A stretch of DNA of 64,000 nt from an uncultured delta proteobacterium (GTDB lineage: Bacteria; Myxococcota_A; Polyangia; Polyangiales; Polyangiaceae), in NCBI GenBank assembly GCA_963841435.1, contig CAWJCS010000006.1, forward strand, positions 1,664,001-1,728,000, given 5' to 3'. The translations under genes and the position numbers were made by a program. Positions 1-10,770 of the stretch are shown piece after piece (positions within the stretch are counted from its first letter, which is position 1; every line of letters begins with the position of its first letter). The notes under the pieces were generated by a model. That model was not told the DNA's origin. It saw only the letters and a list, made by a program, of their open reading frames with translations, and did not search any database.

Positions 1-346
1 CGTCGCGCCGGGCCGAAAACGACGGGATGTCGCCGTTGTGGGCGAACACCCAGCGCCCGTATTGGAAGGGGTGGCAATTGAGGACGGTCTTCGCCCCCTG
101 CGTGGCTTTTCGCACGTGCGCGAGCACCGTCTGCGAGGCGACCACCCCGCTCAACCGGTGGAACAGCGTGTCACCGAGGGCCGTGAGCGGGCTTCGCGTG
201 AGGTGCGGGGTGCCGTCAACGTAGAAGGCGACTCCCCAGCCGTCCGGATGGTCGTTACTCTGGATGCCGAGGGCATTTTCGGCGTCGAGCAGCGAGCGAT
301 GAACCCGGCTCGCGATGACGCTCCGAAACCCGAACAATCGGCACAT
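1..346 (-). CDS. Class II glutamine amidotransferase (YafJ/EgtC-like), runs off the left edge
   Basis: Manual translation from ATG 346: MCRLFGFRS...HPDGWGVAFY...LAHVRKAT...NCHPF...WVFAHNG. This has the N-terminal Cys nucleophile and typical GATase-II motifs. Not in the ORF track. Confidence 0.85.
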   Translation of the reverse strand, partial: MCRLFGFRSVIASRVHRSLLDAENALGIQSNDHPDGWGVAFYVDGTPHLTRSPLTALGDTLFHRLSGVVASQTVLAHVRKATQGAKTVLNCHPFQYGRWVFAHNGDIPSFSARRD

Positions 347-406
347 GGGGAGTTCCTCCCGCCAGTATCCCACCCCTCGCAGGCGGGGCCCAGCCGTTCC
401 GAAACC

Positions 407-420
407 TGGAACCGATTCCA
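407..420. promoter_or_regulatory. Palindromic operator TGGAACCGATTCCA (LacI-type)
   Basis: Near-perfect palindrome in the divergent intergenic region upstream of porin-like gene 1. The same motif recurs at 2873, 9643 and 10641. Confidence 0.7.
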
Positions 421-536
421 GTTTCGGGCTTCCGAATTTCGGCACACCCTGCTATGAGTGGCCGCGCGTTGAAACACGCCGGACGCCGAGGGCGTGCTTG
501 CCCCGGGCAATCCGGCTCCGAACCCTCGTAGAGCCC

Positions 537-2522
537 ATGCGTAGGATCCTCTTCTCCGGCCTCTTGCTGCTTCTACCCAACGTTGCCCATGCCCAGGCGC
601 AGGGCCCCGAACCGGCGAAGCCTACCGAACCGGCGACGCCAAGCCCGGCTCCCGCGGAGCCTGCCCCCGCGGCGCCGGCCTCACCGCCTTCGGAAGCGCC
701 ACCTTCCGAGACGGCCGAGCCGGGCCCTGCTCTCGCGACCTCCTCCACCGCCGCCGGCGCCGAGCTCACGGCCGCGGGTCCCACCGCCGCAGCAACGTCC
801 GACGGCGCGGCGACCGCCGAAGCGCCGAAGGACGCTCCGCCACCGCAGGTCGCTCGTCGAGGACAGGAGAGCGAAGACGAAGGCGCCTGGAAGTTCGACT
901 ACCACGGCTACCTCCGCGCCCCGATGCGCCTGGGCATCAACAAGCGGCTGGCCGAGGACACGAACGGCTTCGGTGTCGCCGGCCGCAGCCCGACGACCTT
1001 CCACGAGGCCGTGATCCCCGATGACCAGTATCTGAGCTTTCAGTCCACGGCGCACAACATGCGCACGTGGGCCGAAGGCTTCTTCAGCTTCGGCAACAAC
1101 TGGGCGACGGGCGTGCTCGGCTTCGGCTCGTACAATCTCACCGAGGCGAGCTTCAGCTACACCGAGGCCCAGTGGGGCATCTCGCAGGCGTACGTGCTGC
1201 TCACTCCCGATCTCGGCTACGAGAACGTGCGCATCTGGGCGAAAGCCGGCGCCATCGTGGATCGCTACGGCATGTCGGGTCGCTACGACGCGGGCGAGTA
1301 CGACATGTACATGTTCGGCCGCACGCACGTCATGGGCGAGACGTTTCACGTCGACTACGACATCACGCCCGCCTGGACACTCTATCTCGAGCAAGGCTTC
1401 GGCACGAAAGAGCCGGATCCGAACCCGTACAACAACGCCCACTACACGCTGCTCCATCACGAGCACGTGGGCTTGAAGCAGGGCAAGGACCTCGAGTTCG
1501 GAGCCCACTACCTGATGAGCTGGAGTCAGGAAGAGTTCCGAAATACGGGCGACGCCAATTCCGTTTCTACGGGTGCGAAGGCAGCGCCACGCAACGGCTT
1601 GCCCAATGGCAAACTGTGGGTCACGGGCGTCGAGGCACGCGCCGAGCTGGGCGCGTTCGGCTACATCTACGGCGCCTACTCGCACGTCGGGTCCGACTAC
1701 GCGCTCAACGTCTCGCGGGCCATCGAGGTGCTCCACGCTTCAGGCGGCGGAGAGTTCGAGCTCGGTGTCGCCGCGAACTACCTCGACAGCCCGAACTGCC
1801 TGTCGACGCCACCCTCCGTGGTGCAACCAGTCCCCGCCGGCGCTCCTCAGAACTGGCAGCCGCTCGACATGAACGGCTGCAGCGACGGCAATGGCTCGAT
1901 CAACGCCCTCCACGCCCACTACGAGTTTAGTCTCACGAACTTCCAGCAGCAGTTCTCGGGCGGGCAGCGCTTCTGGGGTCGGGGCTTCGACGCGATCCTC
2001 AAGCTTTACGGCCTTCTGGCGTTCGTCAACAGCGAGTCGCGTGACACGACGAAGGTCTCGCGCAAGAGCGGCATGCTCGCGGATGCGCCCCAGGGTTACA
2101 AGGTGACGAAGTCGAAGTTCGGCGCCGACGTGACCGTCCAGGTGTTCCCGTGGCTCTCGCCCGGCGTGCGCTTCGACCGCGTCGTGCCGAACAGCCACAT
2201 TCCCGAGCAGTCGTTTGCGATCCTGTCGCCGCGGCTCCAGTTCAAGTCGCAGTGGGTGACGCACGAACGCATCACGCTCGGCTACTCGCACTACTTTTAC
2301 GATCAGCGTGTGTGCGACCCGCTCCAGCTCCCCGCCGCCGGCGGCGGCACCATGCCGAACCCCGACCCACTGTCGCAGTACCGCTGCACGCAGCCACCTC
2401 CCTCGCCCGTGCCGTTCGACGGCTTCGGGACCAACACGACTGACCAGGATGGCGAGCGCGCCACGAGCGTCAAGCGTCCCGACGAGAACGTCGTGAAGAT
2501 TGAAGCCACGATGTGGTGGTGA
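537..2522 (+). CDS. Outer-membrane beta-barrel, divergent LamB-like sugar porin (paralog 1)
   Basis: Signal peptide MRRILFSGLLLLLPNVAHA, Pro/Ala linker, WKFDYHGYLRAP motif and C-terminal ATMWW. Start reassigned to ATG 537. Confidence 0.6.
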   Translation: MRRILFSGLLLLLPNVAHAQAQGPEPAKPTEPATPSPAPAEPAPAAPASPPSEAPPSETAEPGPALATSSTAAGAELTAAGPTAAATSDGAATAEAPKDAPPPQVARRGQESEDEGAWKFDYHGYLRAPMRLGINKRLAEDTNGFGVAGRSPTTFHEAVIPDDQYLSFQSTAHNMRTWAEGFFSFGNNWATGVLGFGSYNLTEASFSYTEAQWGISQAYVLLTPDLGYENVRIWAKAGAIVDRYGMSGRYDAGEYDMYMFGRTHVMGETFHVDYDITPAWTLYLEQGFGTKEPDPNPYNNAHYTLLHHEHVGLKQGKDLEFGAHYLMSWSQEEFRNTGDANSVSTGAKAAPRNGLPNGKLWVTGVEARAELGAFGYIYGAYSHVGSDYALNVSRAIEVLHASGGGEFELGVAANYLDSPNCLSTPPSVVQPVPAGAPQNWQPLDMNGCSDGNGSINALHAHYEFSLTNFQQQFSGGQRFWGRGFDAILKLYGLLAFVNSESRDTTKVSRKSGMLADAPQGYKVTKSKFGADVTVQVFPWLSPGVRFDRVVPNSHIPEQSFAILSPRLQFKSQWVTHERITLGYSHYFYDQRVCDPLQLPAAGGGTMPNPDPLSQYRCTQPPPSPVPFDGFGTNTTDQDGERATSVKRPDENVVKIEATMWW

Positions 2523-2872
2523 GCCGGGCGGGGTGCTCCGCTCCGCCGGACCCGCCCCACCTCGCTCCGTTGCTCCCCGTGCGGGGGTCAGCGCCCGCCG
2601 GCGGCCCCTCGTGGTGCCGAGCGGTGCCCCGCCGCGCGGGCCCCGGTTGCCGCCCGCGGGCCTGCCAGCCATCCGCGCACGGAGCGGCCCCGCGGCTCGC
2701 GGCGCCCATCCACTCTCACGCCACGCGAGATGCCTGCGGCCTCGCACCGGTGCCACGGGACGATTCTCGCTGCGAGCCTCCGTCAACCCTGCCGCTGCTG
2801 GCGGGAATCTCCACCGCGCGTAAAATATGCTTCGCGGAGGTTGCCAGTCGGCCTCTTGGGATCTAGTGATCC

Positions 2873-2884
2873 GGAACCGGTTCC
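2873..2884. promoter_or_regulatory. Perfect palindromic operator GGAACCGGTTCC
   Basis: Directly abuts the GH9 ATG at 2885. A TTGCCA (-35-like) hexamer lies at 2841. Confidence 0.75.
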
Positions 2885-4582
2885 ATGTTGCGCCCTTTCC
2901 TTGCCGCGTCCGCCGTCTTGCTCTTCGCCTGTGATACCGCCGACACGCGTTGTCCAACGGGCGTGAACCCCGACGGCTCCTGCAAGATCACCGGCACGAA
3001 CGCCGTCACGATCCGCACGACGACCGTCGGCTTTTTGCCCGACGCCGGCAAGCGAGCAAGCTACGTCGGCGACAACCTCGATTTTCTCGTGGTGCGCTCC
3101 GGCGACAAATCCGTCGCGTTCCAGGGCACGGCGGGGCCCGAGGTCGACGCGAGCGACACGGGCGAGACGCTCCACGTCGCCGACTTCAGCGACCTCACGC
3201 AGCCTGGCTCGTATTTCGTCGCCGTTGACGGCGTAGGGCGCTCGCCGACGTTCACGATCGCAAGCGACGTGTTCGTCGAGCCGTTCCGCGCCGCCATGCT
3301 CGGCTTCTACGGTTTCCGCTGCGGCTCGGCGGTCTCGCTCGAGTGGGAAGGCGTGCACTTCAGCCACGCCGAGTGCCACATGAGCGACGAGGCGCCGGGC
3401 GGCTGGCACGACGCGGGCGACTACGGGAAATACACGGTCAACGGCAGCTTTTCCCTCGCGATGCTGCTCTTCGCCTGGGACCATTTTCAGGAAAAACTCG
3501 AGCCCCTCACGCTCGACATTCCCGAAAGCGACAACGATCTGCCGGATTTTCTGGACGAATGCCGCTATCAGCTCGAGTGGCTGCTCGCCATGCAGGACTC
3601 CGAGACGGGCGGCGTCTACGATCGCGAGACGAACTTCTGCGAGACGTGCACGTCGCGCAACCAACCGTTCGATCCGCTCACGACCATGCCGGAGCAGACG
3701 ACCGGCGATCGCAAGCTTGCGCCCATCAGCACGCCCGCCACGGCGGACTTCGCGGCGGTCGCTGCACACGCCGCCCGCATCTTCGAGCCCTACGATTCCG
3801 ATTTCGCAAAGCGCGCGGAGGACGCCGCCGTCGCGGCGTGGAGCTACCTGCTCGAGAACCCCGAGCCGCAGGCGCCGACGTCGGCGCAATACACGGGCTC
3901 CTACGTGACGACCGATGCCGACGACCGCCTGTGGGCGGCCGCCGAAATCTGGGACACGACCGGAGACACCGAAGCACTAGCGAGCTTCGAGACCGCCTCG
4001 AAGAATCAGTACATCCGCTCCGACTGGGACTGGAGCGACGTGCAAAATCTCGGCATCTACGCGTACCTCGGCTCCGAGCGCGAGGGCCGCGACGAGGAGC
4101 GTCGCTCGCAGCTCGAGACGGCCTTGATCGCGAGCGCGGCGCAAATGGCGACGACCGCCGACACGCACGGCTACGGCCGTGACATCGGCACCGTGTACTA
4201 CTGGGGTATCAACGGCGTGATCGCGCGCACGCTCATGACCTTCGTGCTCGCCGAGCGCCTGTCGGGCGACACGAAGTACCGCATCCCTGCGGGCTACCAG
4301 CTCGATCACCTCTTCGGCCGCAACTACTACGGTCGCTCGTTCGTGACGGGTGTAGGTCAGGGCGCGCCGCAGTCCCCCCACCACCGCCCCTCCATCGCCG
4401 ACGGCGTCACGCCTCCCTGGCCCGGGCTGCTCGTCGGTGGCCCGTCGGACGCGAGCACGCCGCTCACGGCCACGACCTGGAAGGACGACTTCAACGATTT
4501 TCGCAGCAACGAAGTCGCCATCAACTGGAGTGGGGCCCTCGTGTACGCGCTCGCGGCAGTCCTCCCGGAGGCGACCCCGTGA
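2885..4582 (+). CDS. Glycoside hydrolase family 9 endoglucanase, lipoprotein with N-terminal Ig-like domain
   Basis: Lipobox LLFAC, plus the GH9 motifs GGWHDAGDYGKY, PHHR and NEVAINW. Confidence 0.92.
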   Translation: MLRPFLAASAVLLFACDTADTRCPTGVNPDGSCKITGTNAVTIRTTTVGFLPDAGKRASYVGDNLDFLVVRSGDKSVAFQGTAGPEVDASDTGETLHVADFSDLTQPGSYFVAVDGVGRSPTFTIASDVFVEPFRAAMLGFYGFRCGSAVSLEWEGVHFSHAECHMSDEAPGGWHDAGDYGKYTVNGSFSLAMLLFAWDHFQEKLEPLTLDIPESDNDLPDFLDECRYQLEWLLAMQDSETGGVYDRETNFCETCTSRNQPFDPLTTMPEQTTGDRKLAPISTPATADFAAVAAHAARIFEPYDSDFAKRAEDAAVAAWSYLLENPEPQAPTSAQYTGSYVTTDADDRLWAAAEIWDTTGDTEALASFETASKNQYIRSDWDWSDVQNLGIYAYLGSEREGRDEERRSQLETALIASAAQMATTADTHGYGRDIGTVYYWGINGVIARTLMTFVLAERLSGDTKYRIPAGYQLDHLFGRNYYGRSFVTGVGQGAPQSPHHRPSIADGVTPPWPGLLVGGPSDASTPLTATTWKDDFNDFRSNEVAINWSGALVYALAAVLPEATP

Positions 4583-4674
4583 CGCCCTGCGTCGGCACGG
4601 CCGACGGGACGGCCGGGGAGCCGGATATCGCCGATTCTCGGCTGATTTCAGCCGGTCCGAAAGGGAGCTCCAGC

Positions 4675-4703
4675 TTGACGATCCCGGGAGCGCCGCGGAT
4701 ACT
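4675..4703 (+). promoter_or_regulatory. Putative sigma70 promoter TTGACG-N17-GATACT
   Basis: Consensus-like hexamers with a 17-nt spacer about 90 nt upstream of ATG 4794. Confidence 0.5.
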
Positions 4704-4793
4704 TCACGGCGTCGCCGGGCACCGAGCCACGGCTCGGCGCTGCTTGCTTTAACTAGCCCAGAACAGGCTCCCGACCCCTGTGAGGTTTCCCCC

Positions 4794-5690
4794 ATGCAGA
4801 GTGTATTGAAGCAATTCCTCCTTTCGTTCTGCGTCGCAACCCTCTCGGTTGCGGCCGGCTGCTCCAGCGACGCAAGCTCCGACGACGACGCGAGCGCCGG
4901 CACCGGCGGCACCGCCGGCACCAGCGCGACCGGCGACGTGCAAGTCATGCCCGACAGCACCGGTTGGGTCGATCGCGAGGCCGCCTGGAACACCATCGGC
5001 ATCCAGGGCGCCTGGTACCCGTACGGCGATCAATATGGCACCGGCCCGAGCGACGCGAAGTGCATCCACATCGGGATGCACTCGCCCACGGAGTGCTCGA
5101 CGATCACGATGCCCGATCCACTCGCCCTGGCCTTTCCCAACGTGAACGGCGACATGTGCACGGCTGGCGAAACGGCGATCATCCTCGACTGCCCCGCGGG
5201 CCTCAACACCTCGGGCTGCCCCATGGACGACTATTCGAACATGTGGGGCGCCGGCATCGGCCTCGACGTCAACGCCGACAAGGGCGAGGATGGCGGTGCG
5301 AAGAACACCTGGGATCCCGCGGCACAGGGCGTGATCGGCATCTCCTTCGAGATCGACAACGTGCCGCTCCCCGGCCTGCGCGTCGAGATCCCCATGCGGC
5401 TCACGGACACGGAAGCCGCGATGGTCAACCTGCCGCCCGGCTCGATCACCGACGATCATCCCGACGGGGCGCCGTACTGGGGCGCCACGAGCTCGTATCC
5501 CGCATCGCCGGTCGCGATGGGCGTGAACCGCGTGCTCTGGACGGACATCAAGCCCCCGCGCACCAACTACGTCTTCGACAAGGCGCGCATGTTGGGCGTG
5601 CAGTTCCACGTGCCCGCCGTCCCCGGGACGAGCACGTCGCGCGGCGCCTACAGCTTTTGCATCAAGAAGCTCACGTTCCTGAAGCAGTAG
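4794..5690 (+). CDS. Lipoprotein, putative carbohydrate-binding (CBM11/CIA30-like jelly roll)
   Basis: Lipobox VAAGC, Gly/Thr linker, and WGAGIGLD...GISF...GVQFHV motifs shared with the lipoproteins at 9705 and 10771. Confidence 0.55.
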   Translation: MQSVLKQFLLSFCVATLSVAAGCSSDASSDDDASAGTGGTAGTSATGDVQVMPDSTGWVDREAAWNTIGIQGAWYPYGDQYGTGPSDAKCIHIGMHSPTECSTITMPDPLALAFPNVNGDMCTAGETAIILDCPAGLNTSGCPMDDYSNMWGAGIGLDVNADKGEDGGAKNTWDPAAQGVIGISFEIDNVPLPGLRVEIPMRLTDTEAAMVNLPPGSITDDHPDGAPYWGATSSYPASPVAMGVNRVLWTDIKPPRTNYVFDKARMLGVQFHVPAVPGTSTSRGAYSFCIKKLTFLKQ

Positions 5691-5792
5691 GCACGCGACC
5701 CGAAAGCGCCTGGCGTCACCGCCGGGCCAGTCAGCGCGGCGGCTCTACCCCGGGGCCGCCGCGCTGCATTTTGTGCGCTCCTCGGTGCTGGG

Positions 5793-7031
5793 TCAGGGCT
5801 TGGTGTAGTCGAGCAGGTTGCCCGACATCATCAGCATGGTGATGGCGCGAAGTGACTGCTGGTAATACTGATTGTTGCCGCCCGTGCCCGTGGCGCCGTA
5901 GGTGAAGGCGTCGTCGAGGAGCTTCTGCGAGCCAGCGGCCATGCCGGCGACCCCGGCGGGGCCGATGAAAGCCATGTTGCCGAAGGTCGACGTCTTCTGC
6001 CCATCGAGCGAGTAGCCGTCACCGATGTTCGCTACGCCCTGGCTGTCGAAGAAGGGCGCGATCAGGTTCAAATACTCGAGCGCGCGCGGCTCGCCGTTGA
6101 AGCAGTAGTCCATGGCGATGCGCCAGGGCGTGCGGCAGGCGTCGTAGCCGTAGCCGCCCATGTGCTGGTAGGTGGTCGTCGTGCTGTCGGGCACGAGGCC
6201 GTAGGTGCCGCTTACGTCCTTGAGAATGGCGTAGTTGCGATCGATGATCGTCGTGCGCCAGGTGCTGTTCCCCGTGACATCGGCAAAGACGCGGAAATAG
6301 GCGGGCGAAAAATAATCCGGGAACGTGCGGTTGCTCCCTTTGCCCCAGTTGTCACCCGGCACGAGCAAGCCGTCAGGGCCGATCTCGTAGGTGTACATGG
6401 CGTTGATGATCTTCTTGGCGTCGTCGAGGTACGTGCCCGACTGCCACTGCGCCGACGCCATGATGAGCGACCACGCCATGTCCTCGTCGGCGTCCGTCGC
6501 CGAGCCCGTGCCATCGCTGGCGATCGATCCGTCGGCGTTCAGGTGCCAGTTCATGAGGCCGAAGCCGTCGAGGTGGGCCTTGGCGAAGGCCCAGACTCCG
6601 TCGAACGTCGGGCGGTCGTTCATGTACACGGCGAGCAGCATGCCGTAGGCGATGCCCTCGGAGACGGTATCGCCGTTGTTCGTGAGCCTGGACACGCGCA
6701 GCGCCGCGCCCGCTGGGACGACGAACTGCCCCTTCCAATAGGTGTACGCCGAGGCGACGGCGGCCGAAGCATTGGCCACGCTCGTGATCCGACACGCGCC
6801 CGGGACCTCGTTCTGCGGAAACGGGTGCGGCCCGCCAGGGATGGGCATGGTCGTCGTCCCCGCGGCGCCGCTCGAGCCCGACGAGCCAGCGCTGCCGCCC
6901 GTCCCGCCGCTGCCGACCGTTCCGGCGCTGGAGCCCCCGCTCGAATCGTCGTCGTCCCCGTGGTGGGTCGGGGCGCTGCAGGCGGAGGCCGCGAGGACAA
7001 GGAGCGAGCAGAGGGTCCCGAACGTTCTCAA
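5793..7031 (-). CDS. Glycoside hydrolase family 8 lipoprotein (endoglucanase-like)
   Basis: TVSEGIAYGML, SATDADED and YDACRTPWR motifs. TTG start follows an AAGGAG RBS. Lipobox AASAC. Confidence 0.9.
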   Translation of the reverse strand: MRTFGTLCSLLVLAASACSAPTHHGDDDDSSGGSSAGTVGSGGTGGSAGSSGSSGAAGTTTMPIPGGPHPFPQNEVPGACRITSVANASAAVASAYTYWKGQFVVPAGAALRVSRLTNNGDTVSEGIAYGMLLAVYMNDRPTFDGVWAFAKAHLDGFGLMNWHLNADGSIASDGTGSATDADEDMAWSLIMASAQWQSGTYLDDAKKIINAMYTYEIGPDGLLVPGDNWGKGSNRTFPDYFSPAYFRVFADVTGNSTWRTTIIDRNYAILKDVSGTYGLVPDSTTTTYQHMGGYGYDACRTPWRIAMDYCFNGEPRALEYLNLIAPFFDSQGVANIGDGYSLDGQKTSTFGNMAFIGPAGVAGMAAGSQKLLDDAFTYGATGTGGNNQYYQQSLRAITMLMMSGNLLDYTKP

Positions 7032-7197
7032 AGCGAAGTCTCCTTTGACGAAGGTCTCCAAGCGTAGCGCGCGAGTGCCACCACGACCACCCGCCCAGTC
7101 AGCCTCTCGGCCACGTCGCGCGCCGATTGTCACGCGAGGGTCACGACCTCGAGCGGTGCGATCGACTGGTGCTCGAACACTCTCGTCGCGCGGGCGC

Positions 7198-9627
7198 TCA
7201 GGCCTCGCACTCGACCTCGACCGTGCTCCCCGCGGGAGCATACGGCACGAGGTGACCGACGACGGGCTTGCCGTCAACCTTGAGCGCGACCTTGCCGCCG
7301 CGACCCTGGTTCTTGACGCGGATCTTGTAGGTGGCGCCACGGCAGCGCCGCTCGATGGAAAACTCGGCGAGGTCCTTGCCGATGACGGGCTTGACCGACA
7401 GGCCGTCCCACTCTGGCTTCACCCCGAGCAGGTACTGAGAGATGGCAACGAAGTTCCAGGCGGCCGTGCCCGTGAGCCAGGAGTTTTTCGCCTCGCCGTG
7501 GCGCACGGCGTCGCGCCCGGCGATCATCTGCGAGTAAACGTACGGCTCGGTCCGATGGACCTCGCTGATCTCCTCGAGGTATGCGGGCGCGATCTTCTTG
7601 TAGTAGTCGAACGCCTGGTCGCCCCGGCCGATCATCGTCTCCGCGATGATGACCCAGGGGTTGTTGTGGCAGAAAATGCCGGCGTTCTCCTTGTAGCCGG
7701 GCGGGTAGCTCGAGATCTCGCCGAGCTCGAGGTGGTACGTCTGGTAGGCGGGCTGCTGGAGCACGATGCCGTACTTCGTGTCGAGGCGCGCCTTGACCGA
7801 ATCGAGCGCCTTCTCGACGTGCCCGCTCTCGAGCCCGATGCCCGCCATCGAGCAGAAGCCCTGCGGCTCGATGAAGATCTGCCCCTCGGCGCACTCCTTG
7901 CTGCCGACCTTGTTGCCGAAAAAGTCGTACGCCCGCAGGTACCAGTCGCCATCCCAACCGTGAGAAAGCACCGTCTCGCTCATCTTGGCGATGAGCTCCT
8001 TGGCGCGCTTCGCCTCGTCGGTGAGACCGCGCCGTTCGGCGAGCGCCACGTACTCGGGGCCGATGTGCACGAACATGCCGGCGATGAACACCGACTCGGC
8101 CGTGCGGCCCTTCTTGTTCTCGGTGGTCTGATACGGCTCGTCGGGCGTCTCCGAAAAGCAGTTCAGGTTCAAGCAGTCGTTCCAGTCCGCGCGCCCGATG
8201 AGGGGCAGGCCATGCGGGCCGAGGTTCTCCGTGACGTGATAAAATGAGCGCTTGAGGTGCTCGAAGAGCGACGCCTGGTTGTTCTCGTCGTTGTCGAACG
8301 GAACCTGTTCGTCGAGGATCGCGAAGTCACCCGTTTCCTTCACGTAGGCGGCGACGCCGAGGATGAGCCACAGCGGGTCGTCGTTGAAGCCGCTGCCCGC
8401 CTCGTGGTTGCCGCGCTTGGTGAGCGGCTGGTATTGGTGGTACGCGCTGCCGTCGGGAAACTGCGTCGACGCGATGTCGATGATGCGCTCGCGAGCGCGC
8501 TCCGGCACGAGGTGCACGAAGCCCAAAAGGTCCTGGTTCGAGTCGCGAAAGCCCATGCCGCGGCCGATGCCCGACTCGAAGTACGAGGCGCTGCGCGACA
8601 TGTTGAACGTCACCATGCACTGGTACGGGTTCCAGACGTTCACCATGCGGTTGAGCTTGTCGTCGCTCGAGGTCAGCTTGTAGCTCGAGAGCAGGCTGCC
8701 CCAGCGCTCCTTGAGCTTCGCGAACGCCGCGTCGACTTTCTCGGGCGTCGCGAACACCGCCATCAGCGCCTTGGCGCGCTGCTTGTTGATGACGCCGGGC
8801 TTCTCCCACTTGTCGTCCTTCGGGTTCTCGACGTAGCCGAGCAAGAACACGAACGTCTTCGACTCGCCGGGCGCGAGCGTCACGTCGAGCGAGTGCGAAG
8901 CGATCGGCGACCAGCCGCTCGCGACCGAGTTCTTCGACTTTCCCGCCAGCACGACGTCCGGCTCGTGAAAGCCGTTGTAGAGGCCGAGGAACGATTCACG
9001 ATCGGTGTCGAAGCCGAGGATCGGCTGATTCACGTGATAAAACGCGAAGTGATTACGGCGCTCCCTGTACTCGTGCTTGTGGTACACGGTGCTGCCGTCG
9101 ATCTCGACCTCGGCGGTGTTGAGGTTGCGCTGGAAGTTGGTCTGATCGTCCTGCGCGTTCCAGAGGCAGAACTCCAGGAACGAGAACAGCGTGACGCGCC
9201 GCGGGGTGCTGCCTTCGTTCTTGAGCGTGACGCGCTCGACCTCGCAGTCGTGATCGACGGGCACGAACGCGAGCAGCTCCACCGACAGGGCCTTCCGCTT
9301 GCCCGTGATGCGCGTGTAGCCGAGGCCGTGCCGGCACTCGAAGGAATCGAGGGCCGTCTTCGTGGGCGAAAACGTCGGGTTCCACAGCTCGCCGTCGGCT
9401 TCCCGCACGTAGAACATCCGACCGCCCATGTCGGTCGGCACGTTGTTGTAGCGGAAGCGGAGCAGACGCCGGAGGCGCGCGTCGCGATAGAAGCAATAGC
9501 CGCCGCCCTGGTGCGAAATCAGCCCGAAGAAGCGATCCGACCCGAGGTAGTTGATCCAGGGGTAAGGCGTCTTCGGAGTGGTGATGACGTACTCTTTGGC
9601 CGCGTCATCGAAATGACCAAATCGCAT
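7198..9627 (-). CDS. GH94 cellobiose/cellodextrin phosphorylase
   Basis: 809 aa with [38 protein letters not shown] and WLTGTAAW. Confidence 0.93.
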   Translation of the reverse strand: MRFGHFDDAAKEYVITTPKTPYPWINYLGSDRFFGLISHQGGGYCFYRDARLRRLLRFRYNNVPTDMGGRMFYVREADGELWNPTFSPTKTALDSFECRHGLGYTRITGKRKALSVELLAFVPVDHDCEVERVTLKNEGSTPRRVTLFSFLEFCLWNAQDDQTNFQRNLNTAEVEIDGSTVYHKHEYRERRNHFAFYHVNQPILGFDTDRESFLGLYNGFHEPDVVLAGKSKNSVASGWSPIASHSLDVTLAPGESKTFVFLLGYVENPKDDKWEKPGVINKQRAKALMAVFATPEKVDAAFAKLKERWGSLLSSYKLTSSDDKLNRMVNVWNPYQCMVTFNMSRSASYFESGIGRGMGFRDSNQDLLGFVHLVPERARERIIDIASTQFPDGSAYHQYQPLTKRGNHEAGSGFNDDPLWLILGVAAYVKETGDFAILDEQVPFDNDENNQASLFEHLKRSFYHVTENLGPHGLPLIGRADWNDCLNLNCFSETPDEPYQTTENKKGRTAESVFIAGMFVHIGPEYVALAERRGLTDEAKRAKELIAKMSETVLSHGWDGDWYLRAYDFFGNKVGSKECAEGQIFIEPQGFCSMAGIGLESGHVEKALDSVKARLDTKYGIVLQQPAYQTYHLELGEISSYPPGYKENAGIFCHNNPWVIIAETMIGRGDQAFDYYKKIAPAYLEEISEVHRTEPYVYSQMIAGRDAVRHGEAKNSWLTGTAAWNFVAISQYLLGVKPEWDGLSVKPVIGKDLAEFSIERRCRGATYKIRVKNQGRGGKVALKVDGKPVVGHLVPYAPAGSTVEVECEA

Positions 9628-9642
9628 GGGTTTCCTTCAACC

Positions 9643-9654
9643 GGCACCCGTTCC
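9643..9654. promoter_or_regulatory. Degenerate operator GGCACCCGTTCC
   Basis: Two mismatches to GGAACCGGTTCC, about 15 nt upstream of the GH94 start. Confidence 0.5.
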
Positions 9655-9704
9655 GCCGGTTCTCTCGCTCGGGGGGTGTGCCCGCTCGCGCCGATCTCCG
9701 CCGG

Positions 9705-10442
9705 CTACTGGCACCCGGTGAACTGAATGTCGTCCACCCAGATGTCGAAGTCGGCACCCTTCACGTTGACCTGCCACTGGATGCCGTAGAGCTTCGTCGG
9801 GTCGATGCCCGAGTCCTTCGGGCCCCAGTCTTCCTGGTTCATCGACGTGAACGGGATCGTGTACTGAACCCAGTCATTCGTAAACTCGAAGGTCATGCCG
9901 TGGTCGTTGAAGCACTGGTGGCAGATGCCGCCGTCGGGGTCGGTCTGCACGTCGGGCACCTTCATGCGCACCGTGCCGATGGATCCGGGGCCCTTTTTGG
10001 CCCAGAACGAGATGCCCTTGTACTTCGAGGCGTCGTAGGTGCCCTTCGGGTCGACGAAGTTCAAGCCCATGCCGGCATAGACGATGTCGGCGCCGCCGAC
10101 CTTGCCCTTCATGCGCGCTGCGTTGGCCGAGCCATTCGCGCCGCCAGGGCTCATCTCGAATGTGCCGCCGAGCGCACCGGAGAGCGGCCAGATGTCCGAG
10201 CCGCCGTTGTCCTTGGTGTCGAGGAACGTGTACCAGTAGCCGCCGCGCCCTTCGACGAAGTTGGTCTTGTTGGCCGACTCACCGTCGGAGATCATCGCCG
10301 TTTCCTTGGGGCAAGGGCGCCCCTCGGGCAGCTCGCGAGTGGAGGCGGCCGCGGGGTCCACCCTCTTCTTGCAAGCGCCCGTCGTCAGCGAAAGCGCGCA
10401 CAGGCCGCCGAGCACGGTTACCCAAACAATCGATCGAAGCAT
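9705..10442 (-). CDS. CBM11/CIA30-like carbohydrate-binding lipoprotein
   Basis: Signal peptide ending TTGAC, with YAGMGLNF, YDASKYKGISFWAK and FDIWVDDIQF. Confidence 0.75.
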   Translation of the reverse strand: MLRSIVWVTVLGGLCALSLTTGACKKRVDPAAASTRELPEGRPCPKETAMISDGESANKTNFVEGRGGYWYTFLDTKDNGGSDIWPLSGALGGTFEMSPGGANGSANAARMKGKVGGADIVYAGMGLNFVDPKGTYDASKYKGISFWAKKGPGSIGTVRMKVPDVQTDPDGGICHQCFNDHGMTFEFTNDWVQYTIPFTSMNQEDWGPKDSGIDPTKLYGIQWQVNVKGADFDIWVDDIQFTGCQ

Positions 10443-10624
10443 TTTCTCACCTTGGGGTTTTCGGGAAGGTCCGCGTGGGCTATGGCCGGTTCGGGCTCGT
10501 TTGATCGGCCGCGTTCCAGCCGTCCGTTCGCACCGGCGCGCCCGGGGGGTCCCACCCGCTCCACGCGCCGATCGGCGCTCTGGGCGTGCAGGCGGGCGGC
10601 ATGTTGCGACCCAAGCCGGAGCTC

Positions 10625-10653
10625 TGTCAATCGGGAATGCGGAACCGGTCCCA
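10625..10653 (-). promoter_or_regulatory. -35 TTGACA with adjacent operator (GGAACCGGTCCC at 10641-10652)
   Basis: tgtcaa at 10625-10630 reads TTGACA on the - strand. A one-mismatch palindrome sits between the divergent CBM-lipoprotein genes. Confidence 0.65.
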
Positions 10654-10770
10654 GGTTGCGGCCGGGGCCCGGGGCAAGGGCGGTCGGCGGGGCGGCTGGG
10701 CCGACCCGCCACGGCGCCGGGGGCTGGCGCGGTTTGGGGGTGCGGCTAGACTCGGGCGCTGAGGCTCAGC

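Noticed and set aside
2524-2780. Structured ncRNA or REP/MITE after porin 1
   Set aside because: Extremely GC-rich, so pairing is expected by chance. No second copy or known motif was recognised.
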